A stretch of DNA of 64,000 nucleotides from Candidatus Kaelpia imicola (GCA_030765505.1 JAVCCL010000032.1:34807-98806), one strand, 5' to 3'. Positions 38,992 to 49,682 are shown, counted from the stretch's first letter. The notes: a model not told the origin generated them from the sequence alone. Numbers and translations are program-made.

Positions 38992-39836
38992 GTGCTTTTT
39001 TAATACATTCAAAAGATAGTACTCTTGCTGAGATATTTTTAGAGTCTCAGTTCAAAAGATTAAATCCCAAGAGAGTCCAAAGATATTCTTTTAAATCTAT
39101 AAGTTTTGAAAATATTATAGCTGATATATTTAATTCTTCTCTTTTTGAAGATAGAACATTGTATTTTATAGATAATGCAGAAGCTCTTAAACCAAAAAAT
39201 ATAGCCTTCTTAAAAGAAAAAATAGATTTTACACAACTTAAAGATAGCTACATTTTTAATCTTATAAGCAAGACTTATTGGCTGCAGCTGCCTAAATGGG
39301 AGGGCATCAAGGGGTTAAAAGTTATAGAATTGCGATTTAACCCGAGCGACATAAAGCTATACCTTGAGGAATTTAGCGATAAGAAGGTTTCTCAAGAAGT
39401 CCTAAGCCATATAGTGAAGGTATATAACAAAAGCAGAGATTTTAAATCTATTCTTGATGCTGTTTCAAAAGTTGAGCTGCTTTATCCCGAGAAAGATTAT
39501 ATAGACTTAGGTTCTCTCAGTGAATTTCTTCAGGAGAGAGAACCGCCCGAGATAAAGTATCTTTACGAGATGGTATTGGCAAAGGACGCGAAGCGTTCTC
39601 TTGAGACAGTCTTATCTCTAAAGGAGAAAGGCTATAAAGACGAGAGAATACTTCTCTCTCTTATGCCTCGTTTTCTTGATAATGTAGATAATAGAGAGGC
39701 TGATTTTATTGTCCATCTGGAGAAGAGTTTTAAAACGGGTAAGAAAGATGCCTACTCTTTAATTTTGGATCTGATCCTGTTTTTTACACACAGAGAGATT
39801 TTTAAAATATCTGCCGGAGTTTTAAATAATGATTAA
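38988..39836 (+). CDS. holA: DNA polymerase III delta subunit-like (by synteny with lptE)
   Basis: GTG start overlaps the lptE stop. Size and position are as for holA. No decisive motif, so the call rests on inference. Confidence 0.4.
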   Translation: MSAFLIHSKDSTLAEIFLESQFKRLNPKRVQRYSFKSISFENIIADIFNSSLFEDRTLYFIDNAEALKPKNIAFLKEKIDFTQLKDSYIFNLISKTYWLQLPKWEGIKGLKVIELRFNPSDIKLYLEEFSDKKVSQEVLSHIVKVYNKSRDFKSILDAVSKVELLYPEKDYIDLGSLSEFLQEREPPEIKYLYEMVLAKDAKRSLETVLSLKEKGYKDERILLSLMPRFLDNVDNREADFIVHLEKSFKTGKKDAYSLILDLILFFTHREIFKISAGVLNND

Positions 39837-40116
39837 AGAGATGATAAAAGTAGGAGATAGCTTTATAGAGGCTGTTTCAATTGAATTAGATAATCATAAT
39901 CTTATTGTTTTAAGAGGTAGCAGGGGTTACGTTATGTGTGGTTATCTTAGTATGGATGCAGCAGATAATTTTGGGGATGTTGCGATTAAGATAACAGGGA
40001 TTAGGACAATTCAGGAAGCATTAAATACTGAAGCTGAAGAGGTTAGTAGAGAGGCTAAAAATATCGGTATCTATGAGGGCCAGAGTATTAATGAGATTCT
40101 TGAGTTAATCGTATAG
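39829..40116 (+). CDS. small hypothetical protein (DUF1805/YunC-like pattern)
   Basis: LRGSRGYVMCGYLSMDAADNFGDVAIKITGIRTIQEAL resembles the DUF1805 core. Low confidence. Confidence 0.35.
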   Translation: MIKEMIKVGDSFIEAVSIELDNHNLIVLRGSRGYVMCGYLSMDAADNFGDVAIKITGIRTIQEALNTEAEEVSREAKNIGIYEGQSINEILELIV

Positions 40117-40128
40117 GAGGTATAAGTT

Positions 40129-40638
40129 ATGAAAAGATTAACCTTTGCCGTTACCGGTTTAGTTTTAATTTTATCTTCTTTAGGCTACGCTCAAGATAGG
40201 GTGCTTCTATTAAGAGAGGCAAAAGAACATAGGAGAGCAACCGCTGCAGTCGAGGCTTATCTAGAAGGCAATATTCTGGAAGTAAAAGTAATAGCCAGGA
40301 TGGATAGGACAAAACCTAGAATATATAATGTGATAGTGATTGGTCCTAAGATTGGTCGCTTGGTACCTAAGATGCGTGAGACTCTTTATCCTACTATGGA
40401 AGACGAAGAGCCTTTTCCGACAAAAAAAAGTGGTGGTTTTATAAGGTTCTCCAGTAAAGAAGAAGCAAAGAAAACATCGGGAACGCTTACAAAAGAGCTC
40501 TTAAAATTTGAGATACCAAGCGAGAAAGTGGTAGCTGGAAAGCGTTATCAGATCTGGGTTAAGATAGAGAGCATGCAGAGAGGCGGCGATAAAGAATCAT
40601 TTAAGTTTGACTTAGAGGATTTTGCCGGTTATTTCTAA
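40129..40638 (+). CDS. secreted hypothetical protein
   Basis: RBS GGAGG. Signal peptide MKRLTFAVTGLVLILSSLGYAQD. Confidence 0.5.
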   Translation: MKRLTFAVTGLVLILSSLGYAQDRVLLLREAKEHRRATAAVEAYLEGNILEVKVIARMDRTKPRIYNVIVIGPKIGRLVPKMRETLYPTMEDEEPFPTKKSGGFIRFSSKEEAKKTSGTLTKELLKFEIPSEKVVAGKRYQIWVKIESMQRGGDKESFKFDLEDFAGYF

Positions 40639-40741
40639 AGTCTGCTTTTATAATTTTTCTCTTTTTTCTAATTTGAAAAGTAGTTAATTTTCTGTATAAT
40701 ATAGTTGTAGTTAATAGCTATAGTATCTTTCAATTTGCGAA

Positions 40742-40750
40742 GGGGGGGGG
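40742..40750 (+). repeat. G9 homopolymeric tract immediately upstream of a start codon
   Basis: gaaGGGGGGGGGattTTGagg... sits 4 nt before the TTG start of the FARR-leader gene at 40754. Confidence 0.8.
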
Positions 40751-40753
40751 ATT

Positions 40754-41662
40754 TTGAGGTTATACTTAAGATTTTTGATAATAATCAGTCTGTTTTTTTT
40801 ATCTAATCTCAATATCAATAATTCTTTTGCCAGAAGAACAAAAACCATCCCTAATGAGAATAATCCAGACGATAAGCTTGGTTCTGATATAGATTTGGCA
40901 CAACAAGAGCTTAGAGAGATAAAGCAGAGATCAGGTCTTTCTATAGAAGATTTTGCTAAGGAATTAAACATATCAGTTATGTTTATGCGTTTATACCTTG
41001 TAGGTAATATGGCTATCCCTGATGCTCGCCTTTAAGAGGCTCGAGAGAGATTTAAGCCTGGTCAGGATAGAGTGGCAGTGCTTGTAAGGCTGCAATCTGA
41101 ATTTGGATTAAATAGAAAAGTACTTGCTTTAAAACTTGGTATAACAAAGTTTCATCTAAGTAAGATATTAGGCTATAAAGTTCCTGTTTCAGATGAGATA
41201 TTCAATAAGTCAACTCAGCTTTATAGGCTAAATATGTTAATTAGGTTGCAGGATACATTGAGTGTTGATAATTCTGTTTTAGCTGAGGAGCTTGAAGTTA
41301 AGCTTAGTGAATTAGAAAAGATTCTTAGTGCAGAAGCAGATATAGCAGATGATATGGTTGAAAAGATAAGTCAATTGCAGCAAAAACATGCGCAGGAAAA
41401 TCAGAGAGAGTTTTATTATCCCGGTTATATCTATGCCCGCTGGCTGCTTGAAGAAGCAATAAATATATTGGGTGTAGAGGAGAAAGATTTTGCCAAAAGC
41501 ATAAAAACATCAGCAGAGAGTTTGACAAGGATATTACATGCCGGCAGTCCTATTGAAATCTCCTGTATAAAAAAGGCTCAGGATTTATTAAGTGATGAAG
41601 AGTTCACAAAGTATAAAGAAAGAATGGAAGAACGAATAGCTGAATTTATCAGTTCCTATTAA
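40754..41662 (+). pseudogene. FARR-leader secreted protein with four tandem ~40-aa HTH-like modules, interrupted by in-frame TAA (41033-41035)
   Basis: ORFs 40754-41035 and 41072-41662 share one frame. Read-through gives ...MAIPDARL*EARERFKPGQDRVAVLVRLQSEFG.... Modules: SGLSIEDFAKELNISVMFMRLYL / FGLNRKVLALKLGITKFHLSKIL / LSVDNSVLAEELEVKLSELEKIL / LGVEEKDFAKSIKTSAESLTRIL. Leader: LIIISLFFLSNLNINNSFA|RRTK. Confidence 0.45.
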
Positions 41663-41844
41663 AATTCAGATTAAATATTTAATTTTTAGCTTGTTTAAAA
41701 TAGATAAGTTTAGTATTTTAATCCCAACCTCTATGGAGTGGTCTCATCTCAAAGAAGAGTTATAAAATTCTCCAAATTGCTGTTGATTAGTTAGTCCTTA
41801 TTGGTATAATAGTGCTCAAATTTCAACCATTATAAGGAGGGTCT

Positions 41845-44800
41845 ATGCCGAAGCGTTCTGATATCCACAAAGTTCTAATAATAGGGTCAGGTCCGATTAT
41901 TATAGGGCAAGCTTGTGAATTTGACTATTCAGGTACTCAGGCCTGTAAGGCTCTTAAAGAAGAAGGTTATGAGGTTATCCTTGTCAATTCTAATCCGGCA
42001 ACTATCATGACTGATCCTGATATGGCTGACAAAACATACATAGAACCTTTAACGATTGAGAGTATAGCAAAAATTATAGAGAAAGAGAGGCCTGATGCTT
42101 TACTTCCTAATCTTGGCGGTCAGACAGGACTAAATCTATCTTCTACCTTATATAAAGAAGGAATACTTGATAAATACAATGTTGAGGTAATAGGAGTAAA
42201 GACTGATGCTATAGAACGCGGCGAAGATAGGCTGGTTTTTAAAGAGACAATGGATAAACTTGGTATTCCGCTTGCAAAGTCTGAGATATCTCACTCGGTT
42301 GAGGAAGCAGAAAGAATAGCCAGCGAACTATGTTATCCCGTTGTATTACGCCCTGCATATACTATGGGTGGTACAGGAGGAGGCATAGCTTATAATGTTG
42401 AAGAGTTAAGGACCATAGTTACGCGTGGTCTAGCGGCAAGCATTGTAAATCAAGTTTTAGTTGAAGAAGCTGTTATCGGCTGGGAGGAGCTTGAGCTTGA
42501 AGTAGTCCGTGATGCTAAAGATCAGAAAATTACAGTATGTTTTATTGAAAATGTAGATGCGATGGGGGTTCATACCGGGGATAGTTTCTGTGTTGCGCCG
42601 ATGCTTACGGTATCTGATGATCTGCAGAAAAAATTAGAGGATATTTCATATAAAATAGTAGATGCAATAGGTGTAACAGGCGGGACAAATGTTCAATTTG
42701 CCCATAACAAAAAAGACGGAAGAATAGTTGTTATTGAGATAAATCCCAGAACCTCTCGCTCATCAGCTCTGGCCTCAAAGGCAACAGGCTTTCCTATTGC
42801 AAGGGTCTCTACCAAGCTTGCAGTAGGCCTAACAATGGATGAGATTCCTTATTGGAGAGATGGAACGTTGGAGAAGTACACCCCCTCGGGTGATTATGTT
42901 GTAGTTAAATTTGCACGTTGGGCATTTGAAAAGTTCTCACAAGCAAAAGATATACTTGGTACTCAGATGAAAGCAGTGGGAGAGGCTATGAGTATTGCTA
43001 AAACTTTTAAAGAGTCTTTTCAGAAATCTATCAGGTCTCTTGAGATAAAGAGGTATGGTTTAGGAGGAGTGAAAAAATTTAGAGACCTTTCGTTAGATGA
43101 GTTAAAAAAGAAGCTGATATACCCATCAAGTGAAAGAGTCTTTATTGTATATGAAGCTTTAAGAAAAGGTATCACGGTAGAAGAGCTTTATAAGATTACT
43201 CATATAGGAGAATGGTTTTTGGAAGAGATAAAAGAGCTGGTTGATTTTGAAGAGAAAATAGCTACTGGAGATTGGAAAAGTTTATCTGAGGGTAATTTGA
43301 GAAAAGCTAAAGAACTTGGGTTCTCTGACAAATATTTAGCTTCTATCTTCTGTGTTGAAGAGAAAGAAGTTAGAGAGAAGAGAGTCTCTTTAGATATAAA
43401 TGTTCGCTTTGAAGCTGTACCTGTAAGCGGAGTCGAAGATACAGCCTATTATTATTCGACCTATTCTAAAGGAGAAGATGAAGTTTCTGTATCGGATAAT
43501 AAAAAGATTATGATTCTCGGTGGAGGGCCTAATAGAATAGGCCAGGGTATAGAGTTTGACTATACCTGTGTCCATGCTGCATTTGCTTTAAAGGATGAAG
43601 GTTTTGAAACTATTATGGTTAACTGCAATCCTGAAACCGTCTCTACCGATTATGATACTTCTGATAAGTTATATTTTGAGCCTCTGACGGTTGAAGATGT
43701 TTTAGCTGTATACAAAAAAGAGAAACCTCAAGGTATTATAGTTCAATTTGGCGGCCAGACACCATTAAATATTGCCCAGGAGCTAAAAGATTGCGGGGTT
43801 AATATATTGGGGACTTCTCCTGAGAGTATTCATTTTGCAGAAGATAGAGAACGTTTTAGAAAAAAGATGATAGATTTAAGTGTTCTTCAGCCCGAGAGTG
43901 GTATAGCACGTTCAGTAGATGAGACTGTAAAGATAGCTGATAATATCGGATATCCTCTTATGGTTAGACCCTCTTTTGTTTTAGGGGGGCGGGGTATGGA
44001 GGTTATATATGACGAAGATAGGCTCTTAAAATATGCTGAGGAGGCGATAGACGTATCGCCTGAATACCCGATGCTTATTGATAGATTCTTAGAGAATGCT
44101 GTTGAGCTTGAAGTCGATGCTTTATCGGATGGTGAGGATACTTTTGTTGCTTCTGTTATGGAACATATTGAGTATGCCGGAGTACACTCTGGTGATTCTG
44201 CCTGTGTTATTCCAACCAGAACTATATCTAAAGAACATCTTGATAAAATAGAGGAGTATACTAGGTCAATAGCAAAAGAGCTTAAAGTTGTAGGACTGAT
44301 AAATATTCAATATGCTATCTGTGATAATAAGGTCTATATCTTAGAAGCAAACCCTAGAGCATCCCGTACAGTACCTTTGGTTTCAAAAGTTACCGGAATA
44401 CCTATAGCGAGAATTGCAACGCTTCTTATGCTGGGTAAAAAGATAAAAGATTTTAAGGAATTAAAAAAATATAATTTACCTTACTTTGGAATTAAAGAGG
44501 CGGTCTTCCCTTTCAATATGTTTCCTGAGGTTGATCCTGTATTAGGACCTGAGATGAAGGCAACAGGTGAGGTGATGGGTATAGCCGATAGTTTCGGGCT
44601 TGCGTTTTATAAGGCTCAGGAAGCTGCTGGTGTTAAATTACCAACTTCAGGAGCTGTTCTTTTGACAGTTAAAAATAAGGATAAAGAGCCGCTTCTTCCA
44701 ATCGCAAAAGGGTTGGATAGGTTAGGTTTTAAGATCTATGCTACAGATGGTACGGCCGATTTTCTAAAAGATAACGGCATAGAAGTTCTAAGGGTAAAGA

Positions 44801-45048
44801 AACTGCATCAGGGTAGGCCCAACATAGTAGATCTTATTAAAAATAAAAAGCTTCAGCTTATTATAAATACTCCTGTTGGTAAAGAGAGCAAGTATGATGA
44901 CAGCTACATTAGGATTATGGCTATTCAGAATAAAGTCTCTTATATGACTACTATCTCAGCTGCATTGGCTGGAGTAGAAGGAATTGAAGCTGCTAAAGAT
45001 AAAGAGCTTACAGTTAAGGCTTTGCAGGATTATTATAAGGATAAATAG
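41845..45048 (+). CDS. carB: carbamoyl-phosphate synthase large subunit
   Basis: 1067 aa with duplicated ATP-grasp halves (KVLIIGSGPIIIGQACEFDYSGTQA... and KIMILGGGPNRIGQGIEFDYTCVHA...) and a C-terminal MGS-like domain. RBS AAGGAGGG. Confidence 0.95.
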   Translation: MPKRSDIHKVLIIGSGPIIIGQACEFDYSGTQACKALKEEGYEVILVNSNPATIMTDPDMADKTYIEPLTIESIAKIIEKERPDALLPNLGGQTGLNLSSTLYKEGILDKYNVEVIGVKTDAIERGEDRLVFKETMDKLGIPLAKSEISHSVEEAERIASELCYPVVLRPAYTMGGTGGGIAYNVEELRTIVTRGLAASIVNQVLVEEAVIGWEELELEVVRDAKDQKITVCFIENVDAMGVHTGDSFCVAPMLTVSDDLQKKLEDISYKIVDAIGVTGGTNVQFAHNKKDGRIVVIEINPRTSRSSALASKATGFPIARVSTKLAVGLTMDEIPYWRDGTLEKYTPSGDYVVVKFARWAFEKFSQAKDILGTQMKAVGEAMSIAKTFKESFQKSIRSLEIKRYGLGGVKKFRDLSLDELKKKLIYPSSERVFIVYEALRKGITVEELYKITHIGEWFLEEIKELVDFEEKIATGDWKSLSEGNLRKAKELGFSDKYLASIFCVEEKEVREKRVSLDINVRFEAVPVSGVEDTAYYYSTYSKGEDEVSVSDNKKIMILGGGPNRIGQGIEFDYTCVHAAFALKDEGFETIMVNCNPETVSTDYDTSDKLYFEPLTVEDVLAVYKKEKPQGIIVQFGGQTPLNIAQELKDCGVNILGTSPESIHFAEDRERFRKKMIDLSVLQPESGIARSVDETVKIADNIGYPLMVRPSFVLGGRGMEVIYDEDRLLKYAEEAIDVSPEYPMLIDRFLENAVELEVDALSDGEDTFVASVMEHIEYAGVHSGDSACVIPTRTISKEHLDKIEEYTRSIAKELKVVGLINIQYAICDNKVYILEANPRASRTVPLVSKVTGIPIARIATLLMLGKKIKDFKELKKYNLPYFGIKEAVFPFNMFPEVDPVLGPEMKATGEVMGIADSFGLAFYKAQEAAGVKLPTSGAVLLTVKNKDKEPLLPIAKGLDRLGFKIYATDGTADFLKDNGIEVLRVKKLHQGRPNIVDLIKNKKLQLIINTPVGKESKYDDSYIRIMAIQNKVSYMTTISAALAGVEGIEAAKDKELTVKALQDYYKDK

Positions 45049-45075
45049 CAGTTCTTTTTATCCTTCAACTCTGAT

Positions 45076-46299
45076 ATGAAGCGTTTTACTTTCCATAAAC
45101 CGGAACTGGTTGTTCCTGCCGGTGACTGGCCATCTTTAGTCACGGCTATTGAGAATGGGGCAGATAGTATTTACTTCGGTATCCAAGGATTAAATATGCG
45201 CGAACGCGCCTCCAATTTTAAGATTTCAGACTTAAAGAAGATCATGCGATTATTACACGAGAGAAAGGTAAAAGGATATCTCACTCTCAATGTCGTAGTC
45301 ATGAATGATGAATTAAGAAGAGCAGAGAAGATTTTGTTAAAGGCTAATGAGAGCAATATTGATGCTGTAATAGCATGGGATATGGCTATTATCTCCTTGG
45401 CAAAAAGAATGGGATTAAAAATTCATCTCTCAACTCAAGCCAGCGTCTCTAATATTGAAGCAATAAGATGCTATAACAGATTAGGTATTAAGAGAGTTGT
45501 TTTAGCACGGGAATGTAGTCTCTCTGATATAAGAAAGATTAAAGGTTTAATAAAAAGAGAAAATATAGATACCCAGATAGAGACTTTTATCCATGGTGCG
45601 ATGTGTGTCAGTATATCGGGAAGATGTTTTTTATCTGAATATTCTTATGGAGAGTCTGCAAACAGAGGCAGGTGTCTTCAGCCTTGCAGGCGTGAGTTCA
45701 TTATAAAAGAGAGGCGGGGCGATTTGGAGTATAGTTTAGGGAAAGACTATATCTTAAGCCCAAAAGACTTATGTACGATAGATTTTATAGATAGTTTAAT
45801 AAGAGCAGAGATAGATGCTTTTAAGATTGAAGGCAGGATGCGTTCTCCAGAGTATATAAAGGCTGTAGTATCTACCTATAGAGAGGCAATAGATGCTTTT
45901 TATGAAAATAGGCTAAACGAATCTTTAAAAAAGAAACTTAAGAAAAAACTTAAGAGTGTATATAATAGAGGATTTTCAGACGGCTTCTATTTTAAAAACC
46001 CTGATGGAGATATAAGCAGGCGTTTAGAGCATCTCTATGAGAAGATATATTTAGGTGAGGTTAAAAAGTATTATCCTAAGATTTCTGTTGCAGAGATATT
46101 AATCCAAGCCGGTACTCTAAAAAAAGAGGATGAGTTATTATTTATAGGTAAAAGTACTTCAGCTCAATTTGTAAAAGCGTCTGAAATTCAGCAAAAGCAT
46201 AAATATGTAACTCGAGTAAAGAAAAGCGAATTAGCCGGAATCAAAATTCCTTTTAGAGTCAAAGAGAGAGACAAGGTCTATATCTGGAGAAAAAAATAA
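45076..46299 (+). CDS. peptidase U32 family protein
   Basis: ETFIHGAMCVSISGRCFLSEY matches the U32 signature (E-x-F-x2-G-[SA]-[LIVM]-C-x4-G-x-C). Confidence 0.85.
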   Translation: MKRFTFHKPELVVPAGDWPSLVTAIENGADSIYFGIQGLNMRERASNFKISDLKKIMRLLHERKVKGYLTLNVVVMNDELRRAEKILLKANESNIDAVIAWDMAIISLAKRMGLKIHLSTQASVSNIEAIRCYNRLGIKRVVLARECSLSDIRKIKGLIKRENIDTQIETFIHGAMCVSISGRCFLSEYSYGESANRGRCLQPCRREFIIKERRGDLEYSLGKDYILSPKDLCTIDFIDSLIRAEIDAFKIEGRMRSPEYIKAVVSTYREAIDAFYENRLNESLKKKLKKKLKSVYNRGFSDGFYFKNPDGDISRRLEHLYEKIYLGEVKKYYPKISVAEILIQAGTLKKEDELLFIGKSTSAQFVKASEIQQKHKYVTRVKKSELAGIKIPFRVKERDKVYIWRKK

Positions 46300-46395
46300 G
46301 AATAGAGGTAGTGTAGTATGGCGCTAATGTCTCTTTGAAAACGTTAAAAGTTTTATATTGAAATTGAGTTTATAGATTAAAAACAAGTGTTAATT

Positions 46396-46662
46396 TTAAC
46401 CCTTTGCTTTGTTTAGTAGGATCTGTAATCTTGATATATAGCGTGAAGCTTTATTCTTGTGAATAATGTTTTTGCTTTCAGCCTGCATCAATCTCTTTTT
46501 AAGTTCTTCAAAATATTCTTCAGCTTCTGATAGTTTTTTCTCTGCTACCAGTACTCTGAATTTCTTGATTTTAGTCTTAAGTTCTGATTTTACAGTTTTA
46601 TTTTTAGACTCTCTCTTTACATTTTGCCTGAGTCTTTTGCAGGCAGACTTTAAATTCGGCAT
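46396..46662 (-). CDS. rpsT: 30S ribosomal protein S20
   Basis: MPNLKSACKRLRQNVKRESKNK...IHKNKASRYISRLQ, the typical S20 sequence. The internal ATG at 46662 has GGAGG 7 nt upstream. The longer upstream start in the track is unlikely. Confidence 0.85.
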   Translation of the reverse strand: MPNLKSACKRLRQNVKRESKNKTVKSELKTKIKKFRVLVAEKKLSEAEEYFEELKKRLMQAESKNIIHKNKASRYISRLQILLNKAKG

Positions 46663-46710
46663 TGTAAAACCTCCAGTTTTGAGACAAAATATAGCATATA
46701 TCATTTCGGT

Positions 46711-48282
46711 TTGTCAAACAATTTTAATAGATATATAAGCATAAATATGTTTAGACAGATATTAAGGAACTCTTTTACGATTGGAACAGCCACTTTTATC
46801 AGCAGGGTATTGGGGTTTATACGAGATATTTTGATTGCTTTTTTCTTTGGAACCGGCTATGAAGCTCAGGCTTTTGTTGTGGCTTTTCGTCTTCCGAATA
46901 TCTGGCGTAGTTTCGTGGGGGAGGAGGCGGTTAATGCTGCGGTTGTCCCGGTTCTATCTGAATATAGAGCTAAGGAAGATTCAGACAATTTTAAAGGTCT
47001 ATCTAAATCTCTTATAAAGTCTTCTGCCTTCATGTTGACTTTGGTTACTATAGGTGGGATTTTTTTTGCTCCATTGTTAATTAAGTTGATAGCACCTGGC
47101 TTTATAGCTGATATCCAAAAATATGTTCTCTCCGTTAGGTTGACCAGGGTAATATTTCCTTATGTACTTCTTATAGGGTTAACGGCTATAGTAGCGGGTA
47201 TTGCAATGTCTCAACGGATATTCTGGAGCTATTCCTGGGCTCCTGCCGTTTTAAATATCTCTATCATATCCAGCATTCTTGTCTTAGGCAGAAGATATGG
47301 AGTCTATGCATTGGCTTTTGGGATAATAATAGGTGGGGTCATTCAGCTTTTGATGCAGTTTTTTGCTATAAGAGGAAAAGGAGTGTATAGGGCAAAGACC
47401 AGGATGTTCCATCCGGAATATGGTAGGATTTGGAAGCTGTTGCTCCCCAGGTTTCTTGGTGCTGGAGTCTATCAAGTTAGCATATTTATAGATACTATCT
47501 TAGCCTCTCTTCAATCCATCGTAGGTTCCGGTGCTATTGCAGCTCTGTATTATGCTCAAAGGTTTGTACAGCTTCCACTGGCTGTTTTTGCTACCTCTCT
47601 TGCAACTGCGGTACTGCCTTTCTTCTCTGCCAGGAGAACAAAAAATGAAAATGCATCTATAGGAGATAATCTGCTTCTCTCTTTAAGGTTCGTCTCTTTT
47701 ATTATGATACCTGCGACGTTTGGTTTTTTCATTTTAGCAAAAGAGATAATATCTGTTGTTTTTCAACATGGTAGTTTCTCTAGTTATTCTACAGCTATAA
47801 CATCTGGTGCTCTGAGGTTCTATGCTTTAGGTCTGCTATTTTATGCGGGTATAAAGATTCTCGTTGTTACTTTCTATTCTATGCAGGATACTTTGACGCC
47901 GGTAAAGATATCGGTGATATCTTTAGCTGTAAATATAGCAGCTAGCATTGCCTTGATGTTTCCAATGAAAGTCTCAGGCTTATGTCTTGCCACCTCTTTT
48001 GCGGCAAGTTGTAATTTTATTCTGCTGTTCCTGGCTTTAAATAAAAAGATAAAGTTTTATAATAAAAATTTTGTATCAGGTATTTTAAAGATCTTGCTTT
48101 GCTCTGTTATCATGGCTGGAGCCCTACTCTTTACCAAGAGGTTGTTTTTGGAAAATATCTCTTCAGATATTTTGGTGCTTATCTCCCTGATATTGATATC
48201 AATATTTGTCTATCTATTTTCAAGTCTTTTTATAAACAGCGAAGATTTGCGGAGATTTATATGGTCTGGAAAGAAAAGATAG
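46711..48282 (+). CDS. murJ: lipid II flippase MurJ (MviN)
   Basis: ...ISRVLGFIRDILIAFFFGTGYEAQAFVVAFRLPNIWR... and 14 TM segments. The true start may be ATG 46747 (MFRQIL...). Confidence 0.85.
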   Translation: MSNNFNRYISINMFRQILRNSFTIGTATFISRVLGFIRDILIAFFFGTGYEAQAFVVAFRLPNIWRSFVGEEAVNAAVVPVLSEYRAKEDSDNFKGLSKSLIKSSAFMLTLVTIGGIFFAPLLIKLIAPGFIADIQKYVLSVRLTRVIFPYVLLIGLTAIVAGIAMSQRIFWSYSWAPAVLNISIISSILVLGRRYGVYALAFGIIIGGVIQLLMQFFAIRGKGVYRAKTRMFHPEYGRIWKLLLPRFLGAGVYQVSIFIDTILASLQSIVGSGAIAALYYAQRFVQLPLAVFATSLATAVLPFFSARRTKNENASIGDNLLLSLRFVSFIMIPATFGFFILAKEIISVVFQHGSFSSYSTAITSGALRFYALGLLFYAGIKILVVTFYSMQDTLTPVKISVISLAVNIAASIALMFPMKVSGLCLATSFAASCNFILLFLALNKKIKFYNKNFVSGILKILLCSVIMAGALLFTKRLFLENISSDILVLISLILISIFVYLFSSLFINSEDLRRFIWSGKKR

Positions 48283-49682
48283 ATAAGCTTCCGGATTTAG
48301 CCGGTGTCTATATTTTTAAAGATGTAAAAAGAGAGACTATTTATATAGGAAAAGCTAAATCAATATTTAAAAGAGTCTATAACCATTTTTATTCCAAAAA
48401 TACTAGCTCAAAAAGCGAGAGATTGATTTCCAGAGTAAAGAATATTGATTATATTATCACCTCTTCTGAGGCTGAAGCGTTATTGCTTGAATCATATCTT
48501 ATTAAAAGAGAGAAGCCTTTTTACAATATAAGTTTAAAGGATGATAAGTCTTATCCTTACCTTAAAATTATGCTTAAAGATGATTTCCCGCGTATCTTTG
48601 TAGCTCGCAATAAGAGTAAAGATGGTTCGCTCTATCTGGGCCCCTATCCGGATGTTAAGGGATTGAAGTTGACTCTTAAAATTTTGAGAGGGATTGTTCC
48701 TTTTAGAAGTTGTAGAAATTTTAGTAAGAACGGATGCCTTTATTTACATATAGGTTTCTGTCCTGGGCCTTGCCTGAGCAAAATAAGCCAAGCAGAGTAT
48801 CGCAAGAGCATATTAATTATAGTGAAGACTCTTCTTGGAGATAGAGAAGGTGTAGTGAAAGATTTAACGGAAGAGATGGACGGCTATGTTAAAGATAGAG
48901 AGTATGAGAAAGCTGCTAAGGTACGGGATAGATTGAGGGCTTTGGGAGGCAGTTCAGGCATCTTTGGTCTTAGCGGAGGGATTAATGTACTGGAGAACAT
49001 AAAGAAGATTTTAAATCTTCCTAAAGTGCCCCGCATTATTGATGCTGTGGATATATCTAATATATCTGGCACTTCTGCAGCAGGAGCCGTGGTTAGATTT
49101 AAAGACGGAGTTAGAGATAAAAATCTCTATCGCAAATTTAGGCTAAAAAAACAGAATTTTATAGATGATTATGAAATGATGTCTGAAGTTATGCTGAGGC
49201 GTTACAGGGATCTTTTCAAGAAAAAAGAAGATTTGCCTGATCTTATCATGCTTGATGGCGGTAAGGGTCATCTGAATAGAATTAGTGCGATTATTAACAA
49301 GGATTTTAAAATAGATATACCTTTGATTGCCTATGCTAAAGGAAGAGATCTCATTCACTCCGGATATAGAAAGAGCCCCGTAGCTCTATCTCAAAATTCT
49401 TTGGAGAAGAATCTTCTTATCAGGATAAGAGATGAGGCTCACAGGTTTGCTATTGGATACCACAGGCGTTTGAGAGGGAAGAGAATGAAAAAGACTGCTT
49501 TTGAAAATATACCCGGAGTCGGTATATCTAAAGTCAATGCTGTTTTAAAATACCTCAGCGATTTAGGTCGCTATAAAGATATATCGGTTTCAGATCTAAA
49601 AAGAATTAAAGGCATCGGCGATATGCTTGCAGGGAGGATATATAATTATGTTAAAAAGAAAGGAATTAAAGAAACTTCTTAA
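48261..49682 (+). CDS. uvrC: excinuclease ABC subunit C
   Basis: GIY-YIG module AGVYIFKDVKRETIYIGKAKSIFKRVYNHF...PFYNI, RNaseH-like endonuclease region and C-terminal HhH (IPGVGISKVNAVLKYL...IKGIGDMLAGRI). Start ATG 48261 overlaps the murJ end. Shorter (~474 aa) than typical UvrC. Confidence 0.85.
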   Translation: MVWKEKIDKLPDLAGVYIFKDVKRETIYIGKAKSIFKRVYNHFYSKNTSSKSERLISRVKNIDYIITSSEAEALLLESYLIKREKPFYNISLKDDKSYPYLKIMLKDDFPRIFVARNKSKDGSLYLGPYPDVKGLKLTLKILRGIVPFRSCRNFSKNGCLYLHIGFCPGPCLSKISQAEYRKSILIIVKTLLGDREGVVKDLTEEMDGYVKDREYEKAAKVRDRLRALGGSSGIFGLSGGINVLENIKKILNLPKVPRIIDAVDISNISGTSAAGAVVRFKDGVRDKNLYRKFRLKKQNFIDDYEMMSEVMLRRYRDLFKKKEDLPDLIMLDGGKGHLNRISAIINKDFKIDIPLIAYAKGRDLIHSGYRKSPVALSQNSLEKNLLIRIRDEAHRFAIGYHRRLRGKRMKKTAFENIPGVGISKVNAVLKYLSDLGRYKDISVSDLKRIKGIGDMLAGRIYNYVKKKGIKETS

